The translations under genes were made by a program, and so were the position numbers. This document shows, in pieces, positions 31,501-44,097 of a DNA stretch of 64,000 nt. The first letter of the stretch is position 1. Every line of letters begins with the position of its first letter. Source of the stretch: Monocercomonoides exilis PA203 (lineage: Eukaryota; Protista; Preaxostyla); contig LSRY02000048.1 in the NCBI GenBank assembly GCA_001643675.2, positions 1 through 64,000 on the forward strand. The letters run 5' to 3'. Under the pieces are notes generated by a model. It saw nothing but the letters and a program-made list of their open reading frames with translations. It searched no databases and was not told the origin of the DNA.

Positions 31501-32059
31501 TATCAATTTTTTCACAACCCATAACAACTTGAAATTGACATTTTTCAAAAAAGTTTGAAAAATTACAATTATGGATTTCCGATGATTATAAACATGTATT
31601 TTGATGATTAATAATCAAATTAATTACAAACAAATAAGTTTTAAGAAGTTTTGATAACTCCCATATTGTTCCAATATGCCAGCACATGCTTGACAATGTT
31701 ATTATAAACATTCTTGTGTAATTTTGTCAGTTGGAATGAATGCATGAAAAAAATATTCCAATATTATTTTTATCTGAAAATTCATCAATTAGTATTTTTT
31801 GGTAATTTTTAAGAAATGTGGACAGAATTGATCTGACCCAGTATTATTCTATTTATAGGGTTTCAATTCAATAATTATTTCTGTATTAATTGTTTGGTTT
31901 AGGTTGTAGGGTTAGCGAAAAGGTTATTGGGCTTAGTGTTTTATTCTCGTTCTTCTTTCTAGGGTTTGCGCTTGAAAAAACGGGTTCATTTTGTGATCAA
32001 TTTTTAGGGTTGGGATTTTGTTATAAATATTTGTGTAACAAAAGAAGAAGAAATAGTGA

Positions 32060-33722
32060 GGAAGGAAACCCGGGCTAGCGAGGAAACACCCGGGCCATTT
32101 TTTGTTATAAAATATAAATGACGTTTTTGATCAAAATGATAAATACAAAACCCTCCTTTACGCACGTCAACGCAACGAGTGATATTCGATCACTGGGAGA
32201 TCCACACGCAAAAGCCTTGTACGTTCACGATATTCTTGAGTATTCTGAAAGACAAATTAATGAAAGCGGCTTGTCAAAGAGATCTTCACAGCAGCGAGCG
32301 ATCAAAGCAAGGGACAATGGCAAAAGCATTGGGAAATGTAGAAGGCGCACATTATTTAACGAGGCTGAGGAGTTAGAAATGAAACAGTTGTTTCTTGACG
32401 AAATAAAAATTGGTAAATATCCAACAAAAAAATTGATAACTCAAACGGTTTGTAATGGATGTGTTTATATATCATTCTTTAATTTTTTTCTATTCACAGG
32501 TAAATGAAATGTTGCAAAAGAAAAGGAAGGAAGAGGAAGAACGCAAATCAGTTGACAAGCACTGGACGTAATGGTTTTTAAAAAAACATCCAGAAATTGT
32601 GTTTGCAAAGCCAAAGGCTCTTCCAATCGGAAGGGCCGCTCATTCTTGCCGAAAGGTTTTAATACCTTTTTTCGATTTATACGAATCGTATCTTAACGAG
32701 GAAAAACCGATTCCTCAATTGTTATTTAATATCGATGACCTCAACCTTTTTTCATAAAAGAAAAAATGATCTAGTCGCTTCATCTTCATCCTCGAATTCA
32801 GTTATAACTTTGGAAACATCTCTTCCATTTGCAACTTCAATCGTCTTCGTGTGCAGCGCAGATGGCTACAGATATTTGACTCCAATCGAAATTTTATAAA
32901 AAACTTTTCAAACTGAGTGCAAGTCGGCCACAACCTCACAAGTATTCTTCCCATCGACAACTGGACATGTCACATCATCATTGTTTTTTGAATTATTCAG
33001 AATCTGCTTTCTTCCAGAAATTATCAAAAAAAGGATTGCCATTGGGGAGAAATACAGGCATGCAGCGTTGATTATGGACGGCGATGTTGGACATTTCACT
33101 GAAGAAATGAAAAGACTCGGAAAAAATAATTTTGTTGATCTGATTAAACTGCCATCTCACACATCGCATATCATTCAACAAAATGATTAGTTTATTTTCG
33201 CCAACATGAAAAGAGTGTTTGCTAGAGTAACAGAAAGTGGACAAAGACAGCTTCACAGAAAAGAGAAGTTATCACAACAATGCTTCGAGATGTGTTGGAA
33301 GCGGCATGCTATCCCAGCACAATCATCTCATCGTGGAAAGTTATTTGGCTTTGGCCTTTAGATAAATCAGTTGTTCTCAAGCTTTAAAAGGATAATCCAC
33401 CATCTTGGACCTAGAATTCTGTGGATCCAACAAAAGCACCTGAAGGAAGAAATTTCGGAGAGATTTCAAAAGCTTCTGATTCTGATTCTTCTCTTTTTGC
33501 TTAATGTTATCTTTTATGTTTTGTAATTGACTTTTAAATTATTTCATTCATTTTCTGTTGATAATTATTCAAAACTTTCGAAATTAATAATTACAAACAG
33601 TTTTCGATATGTTTTATCCATTTTTTGATTTTGAATAAACAAGGAAGTCTTTTTTTTTTTTGATTAATCATTAACAAATATTCTAAATTTTTATTCTGAT
33701 CGATGGCCCAAGTTTCCTCCCT
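32060..33722 (+). mobile_element. pogo/DDE_1-type element, copy B; degenerate transposase 32118-~33500 with intron 32448-32499
   Basis: WFLKKHPEI, CSADG, LIMDGD, LIKLPSHTSHIIQ; inverted end motif gaggaaac..gggccat at ~32080 and ~33703-33720. Confidence 0.75.
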
Positions 33723-33928
33723 CACAAGAACTTATACGAATTTATTTTGTTATATCGTATTCACATTAACTTTTTTGTATGAGTTTGATATCATTCCAAA
33801 AAGATCGACTAAGTTTCAATGTGATTTAATCGCATCCATTGTTTTTTATCATGGGTGCTTTTTGATCACAAAAATATTTACAAATAAAGGGTGTGTTTGT
33901 TGTTATCATTTTTTGACTGTTTCGATCA

Positions 33929-35410
33929 ATGTCTGAATCTTCACTTTTGAGTGTTTTGGAGAGAGTTGAAGAAAGAAATAAAATGCCTGCTTCTCATGCT
34001 GTCAAAGAAACAAAAAAAAACCACTTCAATCATCGAAAGAGCTTTGATTATTTTGGACAACACACCAACTGCTTTTTTTCGCTGAACTGGCTTCGCCCGT
34101 ATTGAGTTCGATTTGTTTCTCCAACTTCTTCAAAAAGAAATATCTCCTCATCGAGGAAAAGAAAAGGCAATCAACAATTTTTCTGATCAACTTTTTCTAT
34201 TTCTCACTTTTCCTAATCACTGATCCACTACACTCACATTTATGCTTTCTTCTTATTTTTATGACACTCAAAATGCAACAATTCGCCTTCTTCACAGAAT
34301 TGCTGCAGACATCAGAGTGCTCTTGACTGATTTATTTCTCACTTTTCGCCCAGATCGTCTTGAAAGAATGAAGGAGGTGGGTCTTGTTTTGGATTGTGCA
34401 GTAATTCCAACAAATCGACCAGGTGGGAGGTTGGAATATGGAAAGAAATTTTATAGTGGAAAGCATCATATTTACTGTGTGAAGGTGGAAGTTGGTGTTA
34501 ATCCTCGAATTGGTACTGCTTGTACCATCAGTTCAGTTCAAACTGGGTCAACACACGATTTTGTCCTTTTTAAAAAAAATTGACGTCAATTTGAGGGTCA
34601 ATTGGGAGGAGCAAAGATACTTGCTGACTCAGCATACATTGGAGCAAGTCCAGAATTGTGTGCAATTATCTCAAAACCTATCGGAACACCAGAATTGGCA
34701 TCCAAAAGAGTAATTGTCAAGTGAATTTTTGGGAGGTTGAAGACTCTTTTTGCAGTTTTCAGGCGTCCATGGCCATTTGAAGTGGAAAGAGTGGAGGAGT
34801 ATTTTACAATTGCATGCTGTTTGACGAATTTTCACATCCTGAAAAACCCACTGACTGCAGTCGACTCAGATGCAAATTCTCGATTCATTGGATATCTGAT
34901 GCAGTCGCATGAGAAGAAAGTGGAAGCAAAGCGAATCGCTAATGAACGCTATCGAGTCAATATGAAGAAAAGATTGAATCCCGAAGCTCCCACACCATCA
35001 TCAATCACAACTCTGTTTTATTCGGAAGATAGTTAGACTTTTTAATTTTTACCCATATTAATGTTTTTAATGTCTATTTTTCTTGTTTTTATATTAACAT
35101 TACCATAACTATGTTTTTTAGGCGATTCTCATGACTCACAGTCAGAAAATGAAGAAGAAAAGGAAGAAAAAGAGGAAAAAGAGGAAAAGGATAAGAAAAG
35201 GAAAATTTCTGTTGAAGAAAAAGAAAGAAGTGATTGAATAAAAATAAATGAGAGAGACAAAAATGGAATAAGAAACAGAAAGTGGTGATTGTTTACAAGA
35301 TTGACACATCTCAAATTAATGAAGATCTCTTCGCCTGCAGCAACATTCATCAACAACATTATTTCCTTCTGCTTCTTTTTCCAATTCCACAATGAAAGAA
35401 TAAAGAGTTA
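33929..35410 (+). pseudogene. PIF/Harbinger-ISL2EU-type transposase, copy B, with an intron at ~35032-35121 and a charged 3' exon
   Basis: VLDCAVIP, FYSGKHH, GSTHD, ILADSAYIG, FGRLK..F, CCLTNFH; two in-frame TGA codons. Confidence 0.8.
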
Positions 35411-38099
35411 GCAAAACACATTTGCTGAGCTTGCTGAGATAATAACATTTTGTTTTTTAATAGTTTTTTATTTTTCAATTCACTTAACTTTCATTTTTTT
35501 TTTTAAATAGAATATCATTTAATAATTGACAAGTTTTTAAAATTAATTTATATAAAACATAATTAAAAAAACAAGAAATTTTCATTGAATAACTTTATTT
35601 TATTGTTGATTCTTAAAACAAAAAATAAAAATATGAAATGAGTGAATCTGTAAAAAAAAGAATTATTCAATCATTTAGAACTTTTATTAATATACAAAAC
35701 ATATAAAAAATATAGTTAAAAATGGTTAAAAGTTATTTATTCTAGTTAAAACTGCATTAAAACAAGATTCAAATGCACTGTTCAAAAATAAAACAAAAAT
35801 CAAAAAACTTATCAAAAAAAGTTTTAATTACATATAATAGACATACCAACAAAATGTTAAAACCTTACTCAATTTAATGGGGAAGTTATTTAAGAAACGA
35901 TAAAAGTTAAGGTCACGAGTCACAAAACAAAAAGAATTTGAATGTTCGAAAGTTACCAAAAAAAAAGGTTGAAAAAAAATAACTATATAAAGTGATTAAC
36001 ATTCAAAAAGCGAAGTGTAACAAGTCGTTCAATCAATTCAGTGCGGCAGGGAAAATTCGAACAAGATCTATTAAAAGTTGAGCACTCTAACCTATCCGCA
36101 CCAGCGACGATCAAACAAACTTGTAAGTTTGTGAGTGGAAGGTTGGAACCCGGAAGTGTACCATTTTTTGCTATTTTTTCAATAAAAATTTTTGCCAACC
36201 TTTCTTATATCGTACCGTCTTCAAAAAAAAATATAGACAAATAAAACGTTCACTAAATAAATTATTGTTTCTTTCATTTGAAAAATGTTTGAATATTATT
36301 GTCTTCAAAAAAAGAAAGAAAAGAAAACAATTAAAAAGCAGAACTTTAAATGAAAAAATTGGAATATTTTGTGGACTGATACATATAAATACTAAATTCA
36401 TTCAAAATATCTTGATTTGACTTGTGAAAAGAGTTTGTTTCTGGAACATCAATCAACGAAGAAGATAGTTATTTTTACAGCAAAGGATTAAAAAAGAAAT
36501 CTTGATGAACTTGTTCACAAAATCTTGCAGAAATGAGGAATGAAGAAGAAGTTGAATCAAAAACAGAAGAACATATCACTTAAAGCACATCGTTATCTTG
36601 AGGCACTATTTCTTTATGTTAGTGTGTCACAAATCCTGGAAAGGGAGCTTTTTTTCTCAAATGGCTAAATAATTTTGAAAAGATCTTTTTGTTAAAAGTC
36701 ATATTAAATGAAAATTTCATATTTTCATCAAATTTCTTTTTTCACTCACGAAATTTCTCTTAAATGGAAATAAAACCTTAACAATGCAATTATTAATATT
36801 TCAGTGAAATTTGTTGAGTGGGAACAGAAATTAGATGAAATTATGAAATTTTTATAATATTTAAAAATTTAACAAAAAAAATATTTTCAAAAAAAATTTA
36901 GCCAAATAATGTTTTTTTTTATCGAAAAAATGTGAAATGGGTATTTTTTTTTTTTGAAAAGTCACAAAATATTAATTCACCTGAAATTCCCTTCACTAAT
37001 GATCAAAAAAGTTGATCATTACGTTACTATCATTTATTGCTGTGAAATATTCTATTGAGTTTTGTCACCCTTTTCCCAAATATATCGTATCAATTTCATT
37101 TTTTACATATAAAAGTTAAAGAAAAATATTGTATTTGATATTAAAAATAATCTTTTTGGGGAAAAATATATGTCACTTCAGACAATTTCATGGAAATATA
37201 ATGCACTTTTTTTAGACTTTCAGCGATCAAAAAATAATGGAAAAAAAAAAAATTTATTTATTGAAATACGTGTGAGGAAACAAATCATTGTGTCGTGATA
37301 TCAATAATACCTGTTAATGGATATGAGAATCAGATTTATTTTGAAATCTGAGAAAGTTGAGAAAAGTTATGAGTGAAACAAATTTATTGGGCTTAACGCA
37401 AAAAAGGCTTGAGAGTCCGTATTTTCCCTCATATTTCAAATGCTTTCTTTCTTTTTTGCAAACTTCTTTGTTGTGTTACAAAAAGAAAAAACCTTCTTAT
37501 CTTGGTATTCTTTTTTTTTTGAAATTTAAGATTGTGAAAAATTCAACATTTCAATACTTATTATTATTGAACAACTTTCAAAATGAACAACATACGGAAC
37601 ATAAAAAGAAATATTGATTAAAAAACAAAAAGTTTCATCCATTTTTCCCAGAAATGCTCTTTTATTAACAATTCAAAATAGCACTTTTATCTCTTTCAGG
37701 AGACGCAATCATCTTTCATATACTTCATTGTTTTGGCTTATTCATCAGTTTTTTTTCAAAATATTTCTTCTCGTTTCGATTTATCATCAAAGAAATGCAG
37801 CTCCTTCTTGTTCCATAACTCTTAAATAATCGGCTTTTTGAACTTATCTACCACTTTTTCGAATGAAGATATTGTCTTTGCACCAGAGAAGGAGCTTCCA
37901 ACATGTTCAATGACTTTTCTCAAACAATATCCATTTTGTTTCCTCTGTGAAGCAGTTGTCTCTTCTCTGCGTCTTTATTATCTTTTTCAAGAACAGCACG
38001 CTGATTCACTTAATCATTCCGGAGGCAGAGAAGCGAAGAGAAGAAATCTTCAGAGAATGATAAGCCATCATCAGCACTTGTGATTAACTTTTTGGATGC

Positions 38100-39930
38100 G
38101 TTGGCGGTAGCTTCGTCAAACTTGAAGGATTAAGTGATGGACGATATGGAGAGGCGATTGTGGATTGTTGTGACAGAGGCGGCTGGGGAAAATGAGCTGC
38201 ACGTTCCACAGTCGCTGCTGCAACTGTGGGGACATATTGAGGAGCTGTGAGCATTGCAGTGTGGGAGTGTTTTGTGTGTGCCTAAGATGTGGAACTTTTA
38301 GAGATGTTTTCAGTTCCGCTGGTTGTGCCGCTTCCGTCGCATGCAGCATCAGTGAGAAAGAAGTCGGGGAGCAAGCGTATCTTTTCGGTGATAGATGTGA
38401 ATGCTTTCCCGTCGATCGACGATCTGTTTGACCCTTCACTGCAGATATTGTGATCGCCGCAGTTAAAATACTTGGTGAAGTTGAAAGATGAAGTAATGGG
38501 GTGAAGTGTTGCAGCGTGTGATATGGGAGAGATTGTGGAGAAGAAGGCTGTAGATGGAGGGTTGAGGATGGAGGATGTGGTTGCGTTGCCTGAGGAGATT
38601 GCACTGGCTGTGCTGGTGGAGCGCGAAGAGACAGAGGAAGGAGAAAGGAAAAGAAGATAGAGGGAGAGAGGGAGTTGAAAAAAATGAGGCGATAGAAGGC
38701 TATCCTACAGAAACAAGGGAGTTCGTCAAAATCAAACCAAAAAGAATCAGAAGAAGCTGGAAGAAGCAACTGCTAAGTTGGAAGTATAGATTTTCCTGAA
38801 GTGATAACAGACACATAAGTTGAATGTTTCACTCAAATAGCGTTTCCGACAAACAATATTGATTTATATTGAGGAAATGAAAGTCTTGCAGTGGAATCCT
38901 AAATGTGCTTGAGGAAAACAAAAAGGAAAATTGAGTTGGATGTGAAGAGAGTTGTGCATCTGTTGGAAAACCAGTTAATTGCTTTGAAACAAATTGGGAA
39001 CATGGCAAAGCCATATTAAAATCACGGAGGAAAGATGTTTTGATTGATTTGAGATTTTTAGATGAAGAAGATGAAGAAAAAATATGATTATAAAGAAGAT
39101 TTTGATAATCATGATGACAGGAGACGCTGAAGAAGTTCATTTAAAAAAATCAGGAGAATGCAATTTAAAAAACGATCATTCAGAACGCTCAAACTTGTTC
39201 CATCTCCGCTTCAGGACAGCTCCACTGACAGGTCAGCTTCAACAGATCAGTTCGTCTCTGCCATCCTCTTACACGACCAACCGAAGAATTTGTCGCTCCG
39301 TGGAAAACAAAACCAGCACATCCCTTCTCTCTGCATATTTTCTTCATTCATATCCAAAGGCAAAACAAAACAGCTTCCGCGAAGCATTTTTCTCACTGCA
39401 GTGCGCAGCTCATCATACGCTTTATTACAATTTTCAGTGCTCTATTCCATGATGAAAGCAGTATCTGGATGCATTCCATCTGTGCAATCAATATTCAGGT
39501 GTTTGACTGCCAAGGAAATTTTTGGCCTCTTCTTCTCTTCTGAACTCGGATGCTTCTGTTGTTTTGCTGAAGCAGTTGCTGGAAAATACACAGAGAAACC
39601 TGATGGATCTTCTGTTCTCTCCGTTTTTCTGGTCTGGTAAACTGATCCCAGTCTCAAAAGTGGAGAAGAGGTTCAATCCATAGCAGGCTCCCAGGCTGGA
39701 GAATCAGTTTCCCTTCAATGTGATAACCGCACATGTTGTCTTTCTTCACAGATATTCTTTTTGACTCTCCGATGGCGACAAACAGCGAAGCAATTGATCT
39801 CTTCAGCGTTTATATTTGGCAGCCTATAAGCTCCTGCTCAATCAGAAGTGTACTCATCATCATAAACTTCATCACGTTTGCATAAATAGAAATCATTTTT
39901 TCCCTCATAAGCTCCTGTTTCATTGCTCAC
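38100..39930. pseudogene. Degenerate coding-like region of unknown family
   Basis: GC and codon texture differ from the flanks; several 100-217 aa ORFs on both strands, none with a recognisable motif. Confidence 0.3.
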
Positions 39931-40402
39931 ATAAATATAAGTGGGCTGCAATTGGAGAATGAAAAAAATTTTTCGTTCTGTGCGTTGCAAATTTCAGTTC
40001 AATTATAAATAAGAATTATCAACAGAAAAATAAGTTTTCAATAAGAACTGTTTCATGAAAACCATGAACATTCTTGAACTCAGTGATTCCAACATGAACA
40101 AATAAAAGATAAAACATATTCTTTGTTTATAAGCTATTTGAACTTTTATCACGAAACAGAATATGTAATTTTTTGATTCAAAATGCTTTTTCTCATTAAG
40201 AAGTTTGCAATGAACCAACAAACACTGTGGTGAAAGACAGTTTTTTTTAATTTGAATAATGAAAACTTTTCGAGAAAAAACTTTCTTCCATGTGTCAAAT
40301 TTTTGATCTGATGTCATTTTTCAAAAAAAAAACTTCATTTTTAAAACAGCAGAAATTTTTAAATAATCATCAAACCATTATTAATATTTTTTTTCTACAA
40401 AA

Positions 40403-43400
40403 ATGTCTTTTTCAAAACCTCAATCAACTCTTAATTCACGATCAAAAATTCTTTGGAAAGAAATTGAACGCATCGGGGGAGATGACGTTGATTCATTGCT
40501 CGTCTATCTCTTTTACAACTTCAGGCAATCATCTTTTGTTATTTACGATTTGCTGAAGTTTATGAATTGTTTGGTTTTTTATTTTTTTGTATTGTGTTTA
40601 GAATATTATTTTTTCTCTCGATTTTTTTTTCATTAATATTTGTTAATTATTTATTTTTTTGAAACAGAATATCACACAAAGCTGCTGGAAGACCTGTCTG
40701 TGGCTTCCAACAACGCTCAGTTGCACACTCAGACAACAATGCTGCAGGCGCTGTCCCGCAACTCATCATTATCCGATTTACATGACTATGGATATGATGT
40801 CACAGAAGGAAAATTTAGTTACGAGAAACAAACACTGAAGAAGAATCAAGGATTAATCATTCCGCCTCAAAAACCTCACATTCCGTCTTGCAAAAGTGGT
40901 TTGAATTTTATTATATTTTTTTGTCAAATAATTTTCTCTGTTTGTTTAGGTTTGAATGAACAGGACTGGGAAAAGGGCAACAACTGGATGTTGGCCCATT
41001 CAACTGAAGCTTCAACTTCGCTTCAATCAGCAAAGAAAAAGCAGCGAGCGGAGCCAGATTACGCAAGATTTATTGATGAAGCAGCGTGGGAAGATGAAAT
41101 AATAACGGAAAATTCTTCTTCAATCAAAAAACAATCTTCTTCTTCTTCTTTTTCATCAAAACAAAATAAAAAAACAAATATAGTTTCAGAAAAAAATTCT
41201 CCTTCTTCAAATACTTCTTCTTCTCAAGCTGTTGATGCACCTATCAGTTCTCCAATAAGGAGAGAAAGGGGCTCGACAAAAATCAAAATGAAAATTAGAA
41301 TAACAAACGTCACTCTTCTCCATCTCCAATTCCTATTCACAAACTATTCAAACAAAAAACTTTTTCTTCACAAATATCAATTACAAAAAATTGAAAGAAA
41401 AAATAAATTCTTCATCATTTCAGAATGATAATGTGTTTGTGGCGACCAATTGGTCGATTATGCCACTTCACCCACATTAATTCCACCTCAAGCATTTCAA
41501 ACCCTCTTTTTCTCATTTTCAAAAAACAATGACACTTCAACAGTTCAACAACAAAGCATTCAATCTTCAAATAATGAAATATCAATTCAAAACAATTCTT
41601 CAAATAATATTTCAAAAAAGAATGCTAAAGAAAATTCAACAAAAAATCATTCTAATTTTCAATCTTCTTCAAATACATTAATTACTTCGAAAACATTATC
41701 ACAAACAGTAAAAGGATTGCCAAACTTAGGCAACATTTGCTATTTGGCATCTCTTCTTCAATGTTTCTCTTCAATAACAATACAAAAGCCATCTTTATTC
41801 AAAAAACTAACAGCTTTAAAGAACACATCATCGCGTGTTGTTCTGGTATGTCAACAATTGGCTAAAGATGGAACGGCAGTGCGTTCATGGGTCCCATCTC
41901 TTATTGACAAATGGGAAAATTTCTGCAACTATGGAATCAGACAGCAGCAAAACGTGGCTGAGGCATTTGACAATCTTCACCATCTTCTTCAAAAAGATGA
42001 GTTGATAAACAAGGACACCTTCAATCCTGTTTTAATCACTCATCACAAATGCCAAAAATGCCAACAAATCACATCACACTTCATTGAATTTTGTGGCAAT
42101 ATTGTTATCAATTCTTCATCAACGCAACATGGATTATCTTCTCTCTTTGCAACTGAAGTTTTGGATGGAAAGAACACAGTTTATTGCAACAATTGTAAAG
42201 AGAAATGCTATTCTTCAAGATGGGAGGAAAATGCTTCATTTCCAGATGTGCTAGCCCTCCGTCACGAATGCACTGAAACTTCTTGCTCTGTACCTTCAAA
42301 AACCTTCGTCATGGAAACCGATAGAGTGAATCAGCGTTCGTTTTGCAAAGGATTTTCAAATGATAATTTTCAACATCTCCTGAAGAACTATAAAGAAGTG
42401 TATTTTTATCATTTTGTTGGGCAAATTCTTCACAAACAGTTGGATCAACAAAACGGACATTACATCGCAATTGTGAAAAGAAAAAGTGGAATCAATAGTT
42501 TTTGGAGTATTTGCAATGATGAAAGTGTTTCTGAATTCGATAGTGACAAATGGAGTTCTTCATGGAATAATCTTCACTCACAAGGTTTCACTCCTTCGCT
42601 ATCATTCTACATTAAAGAAAACTCACTATCTACGCATCCAACTATTCAATTTGGTGGTTCCTCTATTTCTTCCTCCTCTTCTCAATCTTTAAATATCAAC
42701 AACACAAACACAGATACAACTCCCCCATCATCGTTCATCACACCACCTCCTCGAACAGCTTCCATTCCACAACTTTCTTCATCAATAACAACTGACTTTG
42801 GATTGGAAGCTTTGAAAGAAAGAAGAAAGAAAACGGGCATCTTTTCTCCGAATGAAAAGAGATTAATCTTCAAGCCCAAGACAAAATTATGGAAAGAGTT
42901 TTCCGAAGAAACAAACATCAAAGTTTCTCTGTCACATTTCTACAAACTCACAGCCAACTTTTCCAAAGCTAAAAGGCGCACAGATCTCTGTGGCATGTGT
43001 GAGAAGTTGGACTATCTGGAAAATAAATTGAAGTCATCACAAAACAAAAATGGACTTTCTTCTGCCGAATTTCATACACTCAAACTTCTTCGACAACATC
43101 GACTAGTTGCAGAAATGCAACGAAAACATTATCAATCAACTGTTGATAATCTGAAAGAGGGAGAAGCAGTCTTCGTCTTCGACTTCAAAGAGAAATGGAA
43201 ACTCCCCATCAGAAAGAACCAACTTCAACAAGAATTTTTCAATTATCAACCGGTTTCTCAATTCACTGTCATTTCACTTCAAAAAATTAATAATCAACAA
43301 ATAAAACGAACATTCAACTTCTTCTCCGACTGCCTCTCAAATGATCACAGATTTGTTATTGAGTGTCTGGAATCTGTGATCAAGAGACACTTCTTCTCAG

Positions 43401-44097
43401 ACACTCACACTTTTAAGTTCTTCTGCGATTCGGATCCACACAACCGAAATCGCTTCCTTTTTCACTTCATCCTTTCAAAACAATCCAAACTTCTCAAAAA
43501 GAAAAACACTCAACTCAACTTCTTCGCTGAGCACCATGGAAAAAATATCTGTGATAGTGAATTTGGTGCGTTAGTAAATGCAATCGACAACAATCTTTCA
43601 ACAGAACACATCACCACACTTCATGATTTGATCAACTTCTTCGAAAACAACATGAACACTTCGACATCAGCTTCTTCAACTTCTCGATCAAACAACTTCT
43701 CAACATCATCATCAAACACTTCATTATCTTCAACATCTGTCAATAACTTTGAGCATGAGAGGTACTTTTGAGAATATGTACCATCTCAACAAATCTCATG
43801 GCCGTCATTGTCAGTCCCTCACATGAAGGACTACTTATATTTTGAGCGCAAGGGCTCATTTGTCTGTGCATCTGCTGTTGGATATCTTCCTCAACGCTCT
43901 CTGGTTGCCCTCGAATCTTCGACAATGAAAGAAAAAGTCCAAAGATCAAGAAAGTCATTTCTCTCTGATATCACATCATCTAACTCTTCTCCTCTTTCTC
44001 AATCTTCTCAAAATCTTCTTTCAAGGAGATTTGAGCTTCTTCTTGACTTTTTTTTTTTTACGAATTTCAAAATTGTTCTTTTGGTGTACCCTATTAA
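40403..44097 (+). pseudogene. USP-containing Sola-like DDD transposase, copy 2
   Basis: One uninterrupted 773-aa ORF (41450-43771) holds GLPNLGNICYLASLLQC, GHYIA, WSICNDESV, TDLCGMC, DFKE, CDSDPH and HHGKNICDSEFG; 5' exons with introns ending ~40667 and at ~40899-40949; indels near 41290-41445; in-frame TGA at 43769. Confidence 0.9.

Larger units (their letters stand above)
28160..31672 (-). mobile_element. Merlin-type element (copy 2) with imperfect TIRs of about 95 bp, interrupted by a Tc1 insertion
   Basis: 28160 ggtacgatgtgggagttttgaaaactccttaaaac vs reverse complement at 31672 ggaacaatatgggagttatcaaaacttcttaaaac; no TSD visible. Confidence 0.75.

Noticed and set aside
35950-36700. Possible further hAT remnant
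   Set aside because: Only faint resemblance to 58990-59060 and to an ER.FS-like motif; too weak to call
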